Shown here: positions 16,395 through 24,580 of the stretch, piece after piece
Numbering within the stretch: the first letter of the stretch is position 1
Layout: the number at the start of each line of letters is the position of its first letter
The notes under the pieces: generated by a model
What the model was told of the DNA's origin: nothing
What the model saw: the letters and a program-made list of their open reading frames with translations, nothing else
Database searches by the model: none
Position numbers and translations under genes: made by a program
Assembly: GCA_025340205.1 (NCBI GenBank)
Contig: CP006868.1
Span: forward strand, 960,001 to 992,000
Direction of reading: 5' to 3'
DNA from: Ignicoccus pacificus DSM 13166
GTDB taxonomy: Archaea > Thermoproteota > Thermoprotei_A > Sulfolobales > Ignicoccaceae
DNA length: 32,000 nucleotides

Positions 16395-18020
16395 GTGGTT
16401 ACCAAATTCATAGCTGACGAGAAACCTCAAAAGGTGGAGGTTTTAGATACAACTCTCCGTGACGGAGCTCAAGCTAAGGGAGTATCCTTCGATCTCCAAG
16501 CTAAGATAAGGATAACCTTAGCACTCGATGAAATAGGGGTACACTTCATAGAGGCGGGTTGGCCTGGGAGCAATCCGAAGGATGAGGAGTACTTCAAGGA
16601 GATAAGGAAGTACGATCTCAGGAACTCAGAGCTCGTAGCCTTTACCTCCACAAGAAGGAAGAATATGAAGGCATCTCAAGATCCTATACTCCAAAAGGTG
16701 TTGGATGCAGACACCAAGTGGATAACGGTATTCGGTAAGAGCTGGGACCTTCACGTAACTGACGTTCTCAAGACCACGCTCGAAGAAAACTTGAACATGA
16801 TATATGATACAATAAAGTACCTTAAGGAAAACGGAAGAAACGTGATCTTCGATGCTGAACACTTCTTTGACGGTTTCAAGAGGAACAAGGAGTATGCTTT
16901 GAAAGTATTGAAGACCGCTGAGGAGGCGGGAGCTGACAGAATAGTGCTTGCTGACACGAACGGAGGAAGCTTGCCTCATGAGGTATACAACGTTGTTATG
17001 GAAGTGAAGCAACACGTAAAGAAACCTCTTGGTCTGCACATGCACAACGATAGCGGTTGCGCGGTGGCGAATACCTTGATGGGCGTGCTAGCTGGGGCCT
17101 CTCACGTGCACGTAACGGTCAACGGAATTGGAGAGAGGACCGGTAACGCAGACCTCTGCGTCGTAGTGCCCAATTTAGAGTTGAAGATGGGAATAGAAGC
17201 ATTGAAGAACAGAGAAGGCCTTAAGATGCTGAAGTCCCTCTCCAGCTTAGTCTATGAACTAGCGGGAATTCCTCCTAACCCTTACCAACCTTATGTTGGT
17301 GATAACGCCTTCGCGCACAAGGCTGGAGTACATGTAGACGCAGTCCTCAAGAACCCAGTAGCCTACGAGCACGTTCCTCCAGAGAGCGTGGGTAACGCTA
17401 GGAAGGTGGCGGTATCCGAGCTCAGCGGAGCGGCCAACTTGGTCAGCTGGGCTAGGAAGGAGCTCGGAATAATGGTGGATAAGAGGGAGCCGGCGGTCAG
17501 GAGGGCCTTGAGGAGGATAAAGGAGTTGGAGAACAAGGGCTACAGCTTCGACAACGCTACTGCCTCAGCCTTACTAATACTCCTTGAAGAGATGGGGTTG
17601 AGAGGAAAGACGTTCGAGGTTAAGGATTGGAGGGTCATAAGCGAGGGTAAGGACTTGAGTGGGGCTAAGAGCTGGAGCGTGGTCAAGTTGGGTAACGGCG
17701 AGGAGTACTTGGAGGCGGGAGAGGGAATAGGACCGGTGGAGGCGATAGATAAGGCGCTGAGGAAGGCCCTAACCAAGGTAGCTCCTGAGGCCTCAAGCGT
17801 AAAGCTAATAGACTACAGGGTGCATCTGCCTAAGGCATCAAAGCACACGGAGAGCGACGTAAGGGTGGAGATAACCTTTAGCGACGGCAAGGAGTTCTGG
17901 ACAACCACTGCGGTCTCAAGAAACATAATTGAAGCTAGCTTAAAGGCATTGGTGGAAGGTATAGAGTACTACTTAATAAAGAGGAAGCTCATGGCTCTCA
18001 GAGGGATGATGGTCCCGTGA
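16395..18020 (+). CDS. cimA: (R)-citramalate synthase / 2-isopropylmalate synthase family (CimA-type)
   Basis: 541 aa. LDTTLRDGAQAKGVSF and IEAGWPGSNPKD resemble the long CimA subfamily. HMHNDSG and GIGERTGNA are the HMGL-like metal-site motifs. A C-terminal LeuA-dimer regulatory domain is present. Confidence 0.82.
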   Translation: MVTKFIADEKPQKVEVLDTTLRDGAQAKGVSFDLQAKIRITLALDEIGVHFIEAGWPGSNPKDEEYFKEIRKYDLRNSELVAFTSTRRKNMKASQDPILQKVLDADTKWITVFGKSWDLHVTDVLKTTLEENLNMIYDTIKYLKENGRNVIFDAEHFFDGFKRNKEYALKVLKTAEEAGADRIVLADTNGGSLPHEVYNVVMEVKQHVKKPLGLHMHNDSGCAVANTLMGVLAGASHVHVTVNGIGERTGNADLCVVVPNLELKMGIEALKNREGLKMLKSLSSLVYELAGIPPNPYQPYVGDNAFAHKAGVHVDAVLKNPVAYEHVPPESVGNARKVAVSELSGAANLVSWARKELGIMVDKREPAVRRALRRIKELENKGYSFDNATASALLILLEEMGLRGKTFEVKDWRVISEGKDLSGAKSWSVVKLGNGEEYLEAGEGIGPVEAIDKALRKALTKVAPEASSVKLIDYRVHLPKASKHTESDVRVEITFSDGKEFWTTTAVSRNIIEASLKALVEGIEYYLIKRKLMALRGMMVP

Positions 18021-18139
18021 GGATGCCCCTACTCTCTGATTTCTAGATGAAGAGTGCGGTCCTTCTCCGAGGACTGGGATCGGCCGAGAACCGACTCCTC
18101 ACCTCTCGGTGCCCATAAGTACTCCTCATCTCCCATTAC

Positions 18140-18775
18140 TTGCAAAAAGTTCTCTCTCCCCTATCGTTTGGGGTTCCGAGATTGCTCCGTCCGGTGCTGT
18201 TAATAGACCATAGGGACAGTTTCGTCCATAACGTAGAACAGATACTCCAAGAGCTCGGCGCTCCGGTAGTTACCCTAAGGAGCAATGAGATAAGCTTGAG
18301 GGCTGTGGATAGAATGAGACCGAGCGCTATAGTGCTCTCCCCTGGCCCTGGGAACCCCTATACCCAAAGGGATAGATTCAGGATTAGTATCGAGATCGTA
18401 AAGAGATTCCATAAGAAGATACCGATCTTGGGGATATGCTTGGGTTTACAGATAATAAACGTTGCTATGGGAGGTACGCTGAGAAGGGCCAAGAGGATAT
18501 ACCATGGTATAGTTGATGAGGTAATGAAGACTAAGGATTCGCCGATATTCTTCGGAGTCCCGGAGAGGTTCGAGGGAACCAGGTATCACTCGTTAGTAAT
18601 AGATGAGCTCGGGAGGGGACTTAAGGTAACTGCACTCTCGCTTTCCGATGGAGAGATAATGGCGATTGAAGGGGAGAACTTGTACGGGGTTCAGTTCCAC
18701 CCAGAAAGCGTAGGGAGTCTACCACTAGGAAAAAAGATATTGATGAACTTCTTGAACTTAAGTATAAAGATTTAA
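18140..18775 (+). CDS. trpG: class I glutamine amidotransferase, anthranilate synthase component II-like (TrpG/PabA)
   Basis: Motifs LLIDHRDSFVHNV, LSPGPGNP, GICLGLQ (catalytic Cys) and YGVQFHPES. The true start is probably in-frame TTG 18182 or GTG 18194, because homologues begin just before the LLID strand. Confidence 0.8.
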   Translation: MQKVLSPLSFGVPRLLRPVLLIDHRDSFVHNVEQILQELGAPVVTLRSNEISLRAVDRMRPSAIVLSPGPGNPYTQRDRFRISIEIVKRFHKKIPILGICLGLQIINVAMGGTLRRAKRIYHGIVDEVMKTKDSPIFFGVPERFEGTRYHSLVIDELGRGLKVTALSLSDGEIMAIEGENLYGVQFHPESVGSLPLGKKILMNFLNLSIKI

Positions 18776-19281
18776 CAGTTTATTTTCCCTAAGAATACCT
18801 TAATCGCCTCGAGTAGACACTTGGGGTTCAGGGATACAGCCGGGACCCTCTTCGCGTATTCGCAATATTCTGGACAGAAGCTCTGATGAACCAACTTCTC
18901 TTCAACATATAGTATGAACGCCAATCCAAAGGCCACGCCCCACCCGGATAGGGCTATCCCGCAAGGGGTTCCGAGGATCAACGCAATCGCTAAGGGCATT
19001 AGTGAGGAGCCGAACTGGTTAGGATGTCTCATACAAGAGTATATTCCTGCGGTAACCAGCTTGTCGGGAGGCGTGAACCTCTTCGCTTCCCTTGAATGGC
19101 CGCACAACCGCAGAGCCCTTCCAGCAGCGCTGGACACAAGAAGAGCGGAGATCAAGAGAATTAAACCGAAAGGCCATGTCCAAGGTATTCTATTTATACC
19201 GAGAAGAGAGTCGAGGTAATAGCCTATCAGAGCTGGGAGGAAGTAGACGAGTATCCAGAAGATCACCTTAGCTTTCCACAA
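18772..19281 (-). CDS. isoprenylcysteine carboxyl methyltransferase / phospholipid methyltransferase family membrane protein
   Basis: 169 aa with 4-5 transmembrane helices. The motifs LVTAGIYSCMRHPNQFG and a C-terminal E..L...F...Y..Y are typical of the ICMT/PEMT family. Confidence 0.65.
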   Translation of the reverse strand: MWKAKVIFWILVYFLPALIGYYLDSLLGINRIPWTWPFGLILLISALLVSSAAGRALRLCGHSREAKRFTPPDKLVTAGIYSCMRHPNQFGSSLMPLAIALILGTPCGIALSGWGVAFGLAFILYVEEKLVHQSFCPEYCEYAKRVPAVSLNPKCLLEAIKVFLGKINC

Positions 19282-19341
19282 AGCCCTTCGGCCCGTTGAA
19301 CCTTATCAAGGACGGAGTGATAAGGTCATCTGGAGGTAAGC

Positions 19342-19593
19342 TTGGAGTACCCTCCAGCCGCAATTGCTAGGGTCTTGAGAAGAAAGTACTACGTGGCTAG
19401 ACATGCCGATTGGTTGCTTGTAATGGACAAGGACTGTAAGAGCTACTTGGCGACGGTCTACGTCTATCCCAGGGCGAAAGAGGTCGTCGTGGTCGATAGG
19501 GACGAGGTTACGAGGGATGTAATGGAGGCCTTGAAAGAGTTAGGCCTAGAATTTAAGGTAACCAAAAGAGTCCCTCAGTACCAGATGCTTTAA
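19342..19593 (+). CDS. hypothetical small protein
   Basis: 83-aa ORF with a TTG start and normal amino-acid composition. It has no recognisable motif. Its 3' end overlaps trpC convergently by 41 nt. Confidence 0.4.
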   Translation: MEYPPAAIARVLRRKYYVARHADWLLVMDKDCKSYLATVYVYPRAKEVVVVDRDEVTRDVMEALKELGLEFKVTKRVPQYQML

Positions 19594-20326
19594 GATGTAA
19601 ACACTTGGTCCTAGGATCCGGGCTTTCCATAAGAGAGGTTCCCACAAGCGCTCCTCTGAATCCCCAAGCACCAACCTTGAACGCGTCCCTCGAGGTCTTC
19701 AAACCGGATTCTGCCAAGGGGAAGCTTTTTTCTATAACTCTACCTCCCCTCGCTATTCTGTTTATATCTACCTTAAGCGTCTTGAAATCTCTTGAGTTTA
19801 TCCCTAACACGTCGACGTAAGCGGCACCGTCGAAGGAGAGGGCGTCTTCAGGAGAAGAGACCTCTACCAGAGTTTGAAGACCTTTTGCTTTCACCAGCTT
19901 GGCAAGGTATCTGAGCTCGTCCTCTCCTAGGACGTCGTACATGAGGAGTACCGCGTCGGCCCCAAAAGAGTAGGCCGCCTCTACTTGGATCTCATCTATC
20001 ACGAAATCTTTGAATAGTAAGGGCCTATCGGTAAGGAGACTTATCTTCTTTAAGTTTAAATAACTTCCTTTGAACCAATAGGGTTCTGTTAGTACTGAAA
20101 TCGCCGAAGCACAAGGGGAAACTCTTGGGATGTACTCCTCTAGCTTCCATCGGGCTCTTACTCCACTAGGAGAAGAGGGCTTGAACTCGGCTATTATGGA
20201 GAAGGCACCCCTTTCCAACGATGCCCTAAAGTCCACTATTCCCTTCTCCCTCTTTGGGAGGAGAAGGGACCTCCTCTCTTCTTTCACCCTCTCCTCAGTT
20301 CTTTCTATTATCTTTTTGAGTATCAT
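19553..20326 (-). CDS. trpC: indole-3-glycerol phosphate synthase
   Basis: 257 aa with IIAEFKPSSPSG (the IAE.K..SPS motif), ISVLTEP.FKGS, DFVIDE.Q, and the late GINSRD and ESG motifs. Confidence 0.87.
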   Translation of the reverse strand: MILKKIIERTEERVKEERRSLLLPKREKGIVDFRASLERGAFSIIAEFKPSSPSGVRARWKLEEYIPRVSPCASAISVLTEPYWFKGSYLNLKKISLLTDRPLLFKDFVIDEIQVEAAYSFGADAVLLMYDVLGEDELRYLAKLVKAKGLQTLVEVSSPEDALSFDGAAYVDVLGINSRDFKTLKVDINRIARGGRVIEKSFPLAESGLKTSRDAFKVGAWGFRGALVGTSLMESPDPRTKCLHLKASGTEGLFWLP

Positions 20327-21117
20327 AGAGCTCCCGACTGTGCTATTCTGTTAAGAAGGTTCTTAAGCAAGGACTTGGCCCTCCTCTCCGCCTCTTCCTT
20401 ACTCTCAGCCGATGCCATTATGCATAACTTCACGAAGCTCTTCCCGTTCTCAATTCCAGGATGGGTCTTGACGTATATCTCAGGGTGTTCCTTCGCAAAC
20501 TCGGCTATCATGGGGGCTATATCGGCTTCCCTTACTCCTTCCAACCTCTCACAAGCCTCTGCCCTTACCATTAAGTTCTCCTTCTCAAGTATCGGCAGCA
20601 CGTACTTCTCCATCATAGCTTCCATCTCCTTGGGAACTCCTGGAAGGCTGAATATCTTAGTTCTGGGCGTGAAGAGGGCTATCCCGGGCGCCACGCCTAC
20701 GGGATTGGGTATGGGAACCGATATGCATGGTATTATAGCCATCTTCTTCCTGGTATCGTCCAATTTAAGTCCCATCTTTTCGAGCCTCTCCCTCACCATC
20801 TCCAATGCGTCATCCTTCAAGCACAGCGGACTTCCGACGGCATATGCCAAGGCCTCTGCAGTCAAGTCGTCGTACGTGGGGCCAAGGCCCCCAGTAGTTA
20901 TTATGACTCCGTTATCTAGCATGAGTTCCTTTATGGTCTTAGCTATTACCTCCACATCGTCTCTAACCTTCCTTATCTCAGTTACGTCATATCCTATCAT
21001 CGTTAGCATCTTCGCTATCTTGTAGGAATTGGTATCGAGAACGCGTCCTATCAATATCTCGTTTCCTATTACTACTATAGCTGCCTTCCAGAATTTATTA
21101 AATATTAATGACGACAT
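20323..21117 (-). CDS. CinA-like molybdopterin-binding (MoCF_biosynth) domain protein, COG1058-type
   Basis: 264 aa. The N-terminus has AAIVVIGNEILIGRVLDTNS and ITTGGLGPTYDDLT, which are MoaB/MogA/CinA-fold motifs. The C-terminal half resembles archaeal CinA-related proteins. Its stop overlaps the trpC ATG (ATGA). Confidence 0.75.
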   Translation of the reverse strand: MSSLIFNKFWKAAIVVIGNEILIGRVLDTNSYKIAKMLTMIGYDVTEIRKVRDDVEVIAKTIKELMLDNGVIITTGGLGPTYDDLTAEALAYAVGSPLCLKDDALEMVRERLEKMGLKLDDTRKKMAIIPCISVPIPNPVGVAPGIALFTPRTKIFSLPGVPKEMEAMMEKYVLPILEKENLMVRAEACERLEGVREADIAPMIAEFAKEHPEIYVKTHPGIENGKSFVKLCIMASAESKEEAERRAKSLLKNLLNRIAQSGAL

Positions 21118-21132
21118 GGTTCTAGGAGCACC

Positions 21133-21927
21133 TCATTTTAGTTCGGAGAGCAAGGTCTCCGCGAGCTTCTTTCCGGAAGCTAGCATGCCTCCGAATATGG
21201 GCCCCATTCTGGGTAGTCTGTAGAAGCTCGCCACGGACATTCCAGCAGCATAGAGTCCATCTAGTATCTTTCCGGTGTACTTGACCACCATCCTCTCCCC
21301 CTCACTCGCCCAAGCACCGTATTCCCTAGAGACCTTGAAGTTGACGTTAGGAAGCTTCTCAGAGGCAACCTTTAGCACTTCGGCGTCGTGACCTGTGGCG
21401 TCTACCACGGCCTTTGACATGAAGAATATGGGATCAACGTGGAGACCAGATATGTAAATGGGAGACCAGAGGGCAACCACGCCCCTAACCTTAGTTACAC
21501 CATCCTCTACCCTGTAGATCAAGTCCTCGACGTGAACGCCCATTATGATTTTCGCTCCAGCATCTACAGCCGCGTTGCTGAGCTTGGCTACCAGTGCGGC
21601 GGCGTCAGTTATGTAGAACTCTTCGTCGTACTTCTCGAGGGGGACTCCGAGCTCTTCAGCTATCTCCTTAGGGTTGTAACCCTCTAAGTCGGCGTCCTCG
21701 ACTACCACTTTGTGAAACAAGCTCCCTCCTCCTGCGATCCCTCCTCCCATGCTGACCCTTCTCTCAAAGATTACGGTCCTCAATCCTCCCTTCGCTAGGT
21801 AGTGAGCGGCGGTAAGTCCAGCGGGCCCGGCTCCCACTATTATTACATCAACGCCCCTCGCTATCTCCATTAGCTCCTTCGAGCTTCTCTCAATAATAGC
21901 TTTAGTGATGGAGGCCTCGTCGAACAT
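21133..21927 (-). CDS. thi4: thiamine thiazole synthase Thi4
   Basis: 264 aa with a dinucleotide fold (DVIIVGAGPAGLTAA), FERRVSMGGG and VDATGHDA, which are typical of archaeal Thi4. Confidence 0.9.
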   Translation of the reverse strand: MFDEASITKAIIERSSKELMEIARGVDVIIVGAGPAGLTAAHYLAKGGLRTVIFERRVSMGGGIAGGGSLFHKVVVEDADLEGYNPKEIAEELGVPLEKYDEEFYITDAAALVAKLSNAAVDAGAKIIMGVHVEDLIYRVEDGVTKVRGVVALWSPIYISGLHVDPIFFMSKAVVDATGHDAEVLKVASEKLPNVNFKVSREYGAWASEGERMVVKYTGKILDGLYAAGMSVASFYRLPRMGPIFGGMLASGKKLAETLLSELK

Positions 21928-21960
21928 ACTCGCTACCGAAGGCTCTATGAGGTGGACGAG

Positions 21961-21967
21961 ATATAAA
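21961..21967 (-). promoter_or_regulatory. TATA box for thi4-cinA-trpC transcription unit
   Basis: The minus strand reads CCTTTATATCTC, with TTTATAT centred about 37 nt upstream of the thi4 ATG at 21927. Confidence 0.45.
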
Positions 21968-21991
21968 GGAAAGTCGGTTAATCGATCAAAC

Positions 21992-22144
21992 TCAGAGCTC
22001 GGCCTTCTTGACGACAGTGTGAAACGTGTTCCTTCCGCAGACCCTACAGTAGTGATAAATCCTACCTATGCTCTCCAAGTCATAGCTTCCCAAGAAAAGC
22101 CACATCTGACCGCATCTCTCGCACTTCAAGTACCAGCTGGTCAT
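21992..22144 (-). CDS. small zinc-ribbon protein (50 aa), below the ORF-track length cut-off
   Basis: My own translation of the minus strand gives MTSWYLKCERCGQMWLFLGSYDLESIGRIYHYCRVCGRNTFHTVVKKAEL followed by a stop. It has two CxxC knuckles 23 residues apart. Its ATG overlaps the fibrillarin TGA (ATGA at 22141-22144). Confidence 0.55.
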   Translation of the reverse strand: MTSWYLKCERCGQMWLFLGSYDLESIGRIYHYCRVCGRNTFHTVVKKAEL

Positions 22145-22857
22145 TGCTTAGACCTCCTGTGGAACCTGGCGTAAATCATGGCGTGGTCCTTATCGAAGGG
22201 ATCTAGGTGAACGATATCCAATATCTCAAATCCTCTGTTCTTCAGTATCTCTATCTCCCTCCTGAAGACTTCCTCCGGGCTCTTAGTGACGTCAACGCTC
22301 CTAGCCTTTATCGCCATTAACATGTATCCTCCATCTTTCAAGAAGAAGTCGGCGTTATCAGCAACTATTTCCGCTTGGTTCGGCTGAGCCACGTCCGCGT
22401 ACAGTCCATCGGTGGCCTCCGCTAGGTGACGGTACTCCCTAGGCTTCCTGGCATCTCCTAGTATGGGGAAGATGTTCTTCCTCTCCTCCGCTAAGGTTAC
22501 GAACTCTCTCATTACCCTAGGGGCGAACTCCACTCCGTAGAGCCTTCCCTCGGGTCCTATGATGTCGGATATGTGACTGGGAGTGGTTCCGGTAGCAGCT
22601 CCCAAGTAGAGAAGGCTGTCTCCAGGCTTTATGGGGAGCTCCTCTATACCCTTTACCAAAGCGGCGGCCAACTTGGATCTATAGATGTTCCACTCTCTGT
22701 ATTCCTCCCCCTCCCACTGGTAGAGCTTCTCTCCATAGACTCTCTTCCCTGGCACCATGTTCTTGGTAGCCAACCTTACGCTTCCGTCCTCGAGCTCTAT
22801 GATGTATACGTTCGGGTAATGAGGATGTTCATAGACGTTGACAACTTCAAGCGCCAC
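22141..22857 (-). CDS. flpA: fibrillarin-like rRNA/tRNA 2'-O-methyltransferase
   Basis: 238 aa with a GTG start. Motifs include NMVPGKRVYGEKL, YREWNIYRSKLAA, LYLGAATGTTPSHISD (SAM-binding motif) and ADVAQPNQAEI. Confidence 0.92.
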   Translation of the reverse strand: MALEVVNVYEHPHYPNVYIIELEDGSVRLATKNMVPGKRVYGEKLYQWEGEEYREWNIYRSKLAAALVKGIEELPIKPGDSLLYLGAATGTTPSHISDIIGPEGRLYGVEFAPRVMREFVTLAEERKNIFPILGDARKPREYRHLAEATDGLYADVAQPNQAEIVADNADFFLKDGGYMLMAIKARSVDVTKSPEEVFRREIEILKNRGFEILDIVHLDPFDKDHAMIYARFHRRSKQ

Positions 22858-22983
22858 AGTTCCATCCCCGCGAGGAATAGACTAGGGGGTTATAGGCTAG
22901 GTAGAAGTTACACCGTCTTGAGAGCTTTTAGTCCCTCAGTGATTAAGATCCTTTGGGGAATCTTGAGAAACGACAAAGTGAAA

Positions 22984-23244
22984 ATGGTTACCGGCGTTTT
23001 CTCGATCGTGTTGATCCTCTACGGTTTGATTTACCTCTTGAGCTCGATACTAGGAGGAGTAGCGCTACAAGTTATTGTCAAGCTTACCGTATTCATCATT
23101 GGATTGTTCTTGCTTTTCGCAGGCATAAAACTCCTTGAGATAACGAGGACCACTTTACCTCCCTCTCCCGAGGAAGTGGAGGAAGCTTACAGGGAGGAGC
23201 TGGAGGAGCTCAAGAGGTACATTGAAGAACTTAGAAGGAAATGA
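22984..23244 (+). CDS. hypothetical small membrane protein with acidic C-terminal helix
   Basis: This is the part of ORF 22573..23244 that does not overlap fibrillarin. It runs from ATG 22984 (alternative GTG 22939) and encodes two hydrophobic helices followed by PPSPEEVEEAYREELEELKRYIEELRRK. It ends 3 nt before the GT2 gene. Confidence 0.45.
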   Translation: MVTGVFSIVLILYGLIYLLSSILGGVALQVIVKLTVFIIGLFLLFAGIKLLEITRTTLPPSPEEVEEAYREELEELKRYIEELRRK

Positions 23245-23247
23245 GGT

Positions 23248-24288
23248 GTGACGATGGCTAAGCTAGAGGTAATAAAGATGGAGAGGGAGGAGATAGAGAG
23301 CGCTTCTATAACCATATTGTATAAGACTTCCCATAGAAGAGACATCTACGATCTCACGCTAAGATCAATTCTAAGAGCTAAGGGTGTTGATGCTGCTATC
23401 TTCGTCTTAAACAACCCTCCCGACGATTCCAAGGAGTTTTTGCTGAATATAATAAATGAAGAGCTAAAAAGGGGAGTAGACAAGGACATCTACATAATTG
23501 AAAGCTCAAAAAACTTGGGCTTCGGGAACGGTAACAACTTGGGTTACGAGCTCGCCAAGTCTCTGGGAGCTAAGTACGTGGTTCTAATCAACGACGACTT
23601 CTTAGTGCGTGAGGAAGTAATAGGTGAGTTGAAGGAGATGTTAGAAAGAACCGATTACAGCGGCATCTCCGGAATAGTGCTGAACCCAGATTTTACCATC
23701 CAAGTTTACGGAAGCTACCTCTGTCACGACCGTTCTCGTCAACCTTACCAATGGAAGGCGAGGAAAGGAATACCCTTGTATCCTACATACTTGTGCGGAT
23801 GTTTTTCGATCTATAAGGTAAAGGACTTGGAAGAGTGTGGAGGCCTCTTCCTCAAGCCTCACTTCATTTACGCTGAGGACACTGAGCTGGGGATTAGACT
23901 TTGGAGGTGCGGTAAGAGGATAGTTGAAGTGCCCGTGGTAGTCGGGGTGCACTATCAAGGAACGAGCATGGTAGGAAAGAAGAGAAGAAGGGACTTGAGG
24001 TTCTCCTTAGCTCTACACAGAGCGGACGGGTGTGTCCACGCTAAGAGGTACCCTCCTAGCGATCCCTTTACCTTCCTCTACTCTCTGATCTACTTTATAG
24101 AGACTATAGCTACCGCCCCATTGCCTTCAATGCCCTTACACCTTTTCATGAGGTTGATAGGTGCAATCGAGTGCTGGAAGGAGAAGACAGTTGCAAAAGA
24201 GCCTAGGTTACTCGACCCGACCTGCTTGCTTCCCATAACGCTCAGGGCCCTCTATAAAGCAGAAAGACTTGGTAAATCTAAGACTTAG
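23248..24288 (+). CDS. family 2 glycosyltransferase
   Basis: 346 aa with NLGFGNGNNLG, VVLINDDFLV (DxD region) and YAEDTELGIRLW, which are typical of GT2 rhamnosyl/galactosyl-type transferases. The C-terminal part is hydrophobic. Confidence 0.8.
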   Translation: MTMAKLEVIKMEREEIESASITILYKTSHRRDIYDLTLRSILRAKGVDAAIFVLNNPPDDSKEFLLNIINEELKRGVDKDIYIIESSKNLGFGNGNNLGYELAKSLGAKYVVLINDDFLVREEVIGELKEMLERTDYSGISGIVLNPDFTIQVYGSYLCHDRSRQPYQWKARKGIPLYPTYLCGCFSIYKVKDLEECGGLFLKPHFIYAEDTELGIRLWRCGKRIVEVPVVVGVHYQGTSMVGKKRRRDLRFSLALHRADGCVHAKRYPPSDPFTFLYSLIYFIETIATAPLPSMPLHLFMRLIGAIECWKEKTVAKEPRLLDPTCLLPITLRALYKAERLGKSKT

Positions 24289-24299
24289 CTGTCCTCAGC

Positions 24300-24578
24300 G
24301 TGGCCGGTGACTACGTCAACCAACTTTCAACGATAGCTTGGGTGACCTACCTAGCTTACGGAGTAGTTGCTGCCTTGATGGCACTCTACAGCGCCGTAAA
24401 GCTCTTTGGAGAGATCGGCGACGCGCTAGGAGCGCTCCTCAGCATAGCCTTCGCCTTGTTCGCCGTGATTACGGCAGTAGCTCATTTAAGTAACAGTGCT
24501 GTGCTGATAACGTTAGACGCGCTGGCTTTGATAGCGATAAGCGCTATTCAAGTGGTAATTGCAATAAAGGCCGAGTAA
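24300..24578 (+). CDS. hypothetical small membrane protein (three predicted helices)
   Basis: 92-aa ORF with a GTG start, 11 nt after the GT2 stop. It is almost wholly hydrophobic and Ala/Leu/Ile-rich. Confidence 0.5.
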   Translation: MAGDYVNQLSTIAWVTYLAYGVVAALMALYSAVKLFGEIGDALGALLSIAFALFAVITAVAHLSNSAVLITLDALALIAISAIQVVIAIKAE

Positions 24579-24580
24579 GG

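Noticed and set aside
18047-18121. 24-codon ORF (MKSAVLLRGLGSAENRLLTSRCP) and weak inverted repeat between cimA and trpG, considered as a leader peptide or attenuator.
   Set aside because: It contains no Trp, Leu or Ile codon run, the stem is only 6 bp, and attenuation of this type is not established in archaea. The region is probably just 3' UTR and promoter.
21905-22174. 89-aa + strand ORF between thi4 and flpA.
   Set aside because: It overlaps the thi4 start, the thi4 TATA box and the flpA stop, and it has no motif. The minus-strand 50-aa zinc-ribbon ORF, ATGA-coupled to flpA, explains the region better.
22573-22983. N-terminal 137 codons of the + strand ORF 22573..23244, which overlap fibrillarin.
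   Set aside because: This part is antisense to the well-supported flpA gene and has no protein-like features. Only the part downstream of ATG 22984 (or GTG 22939) looks like a real small membrane protein.
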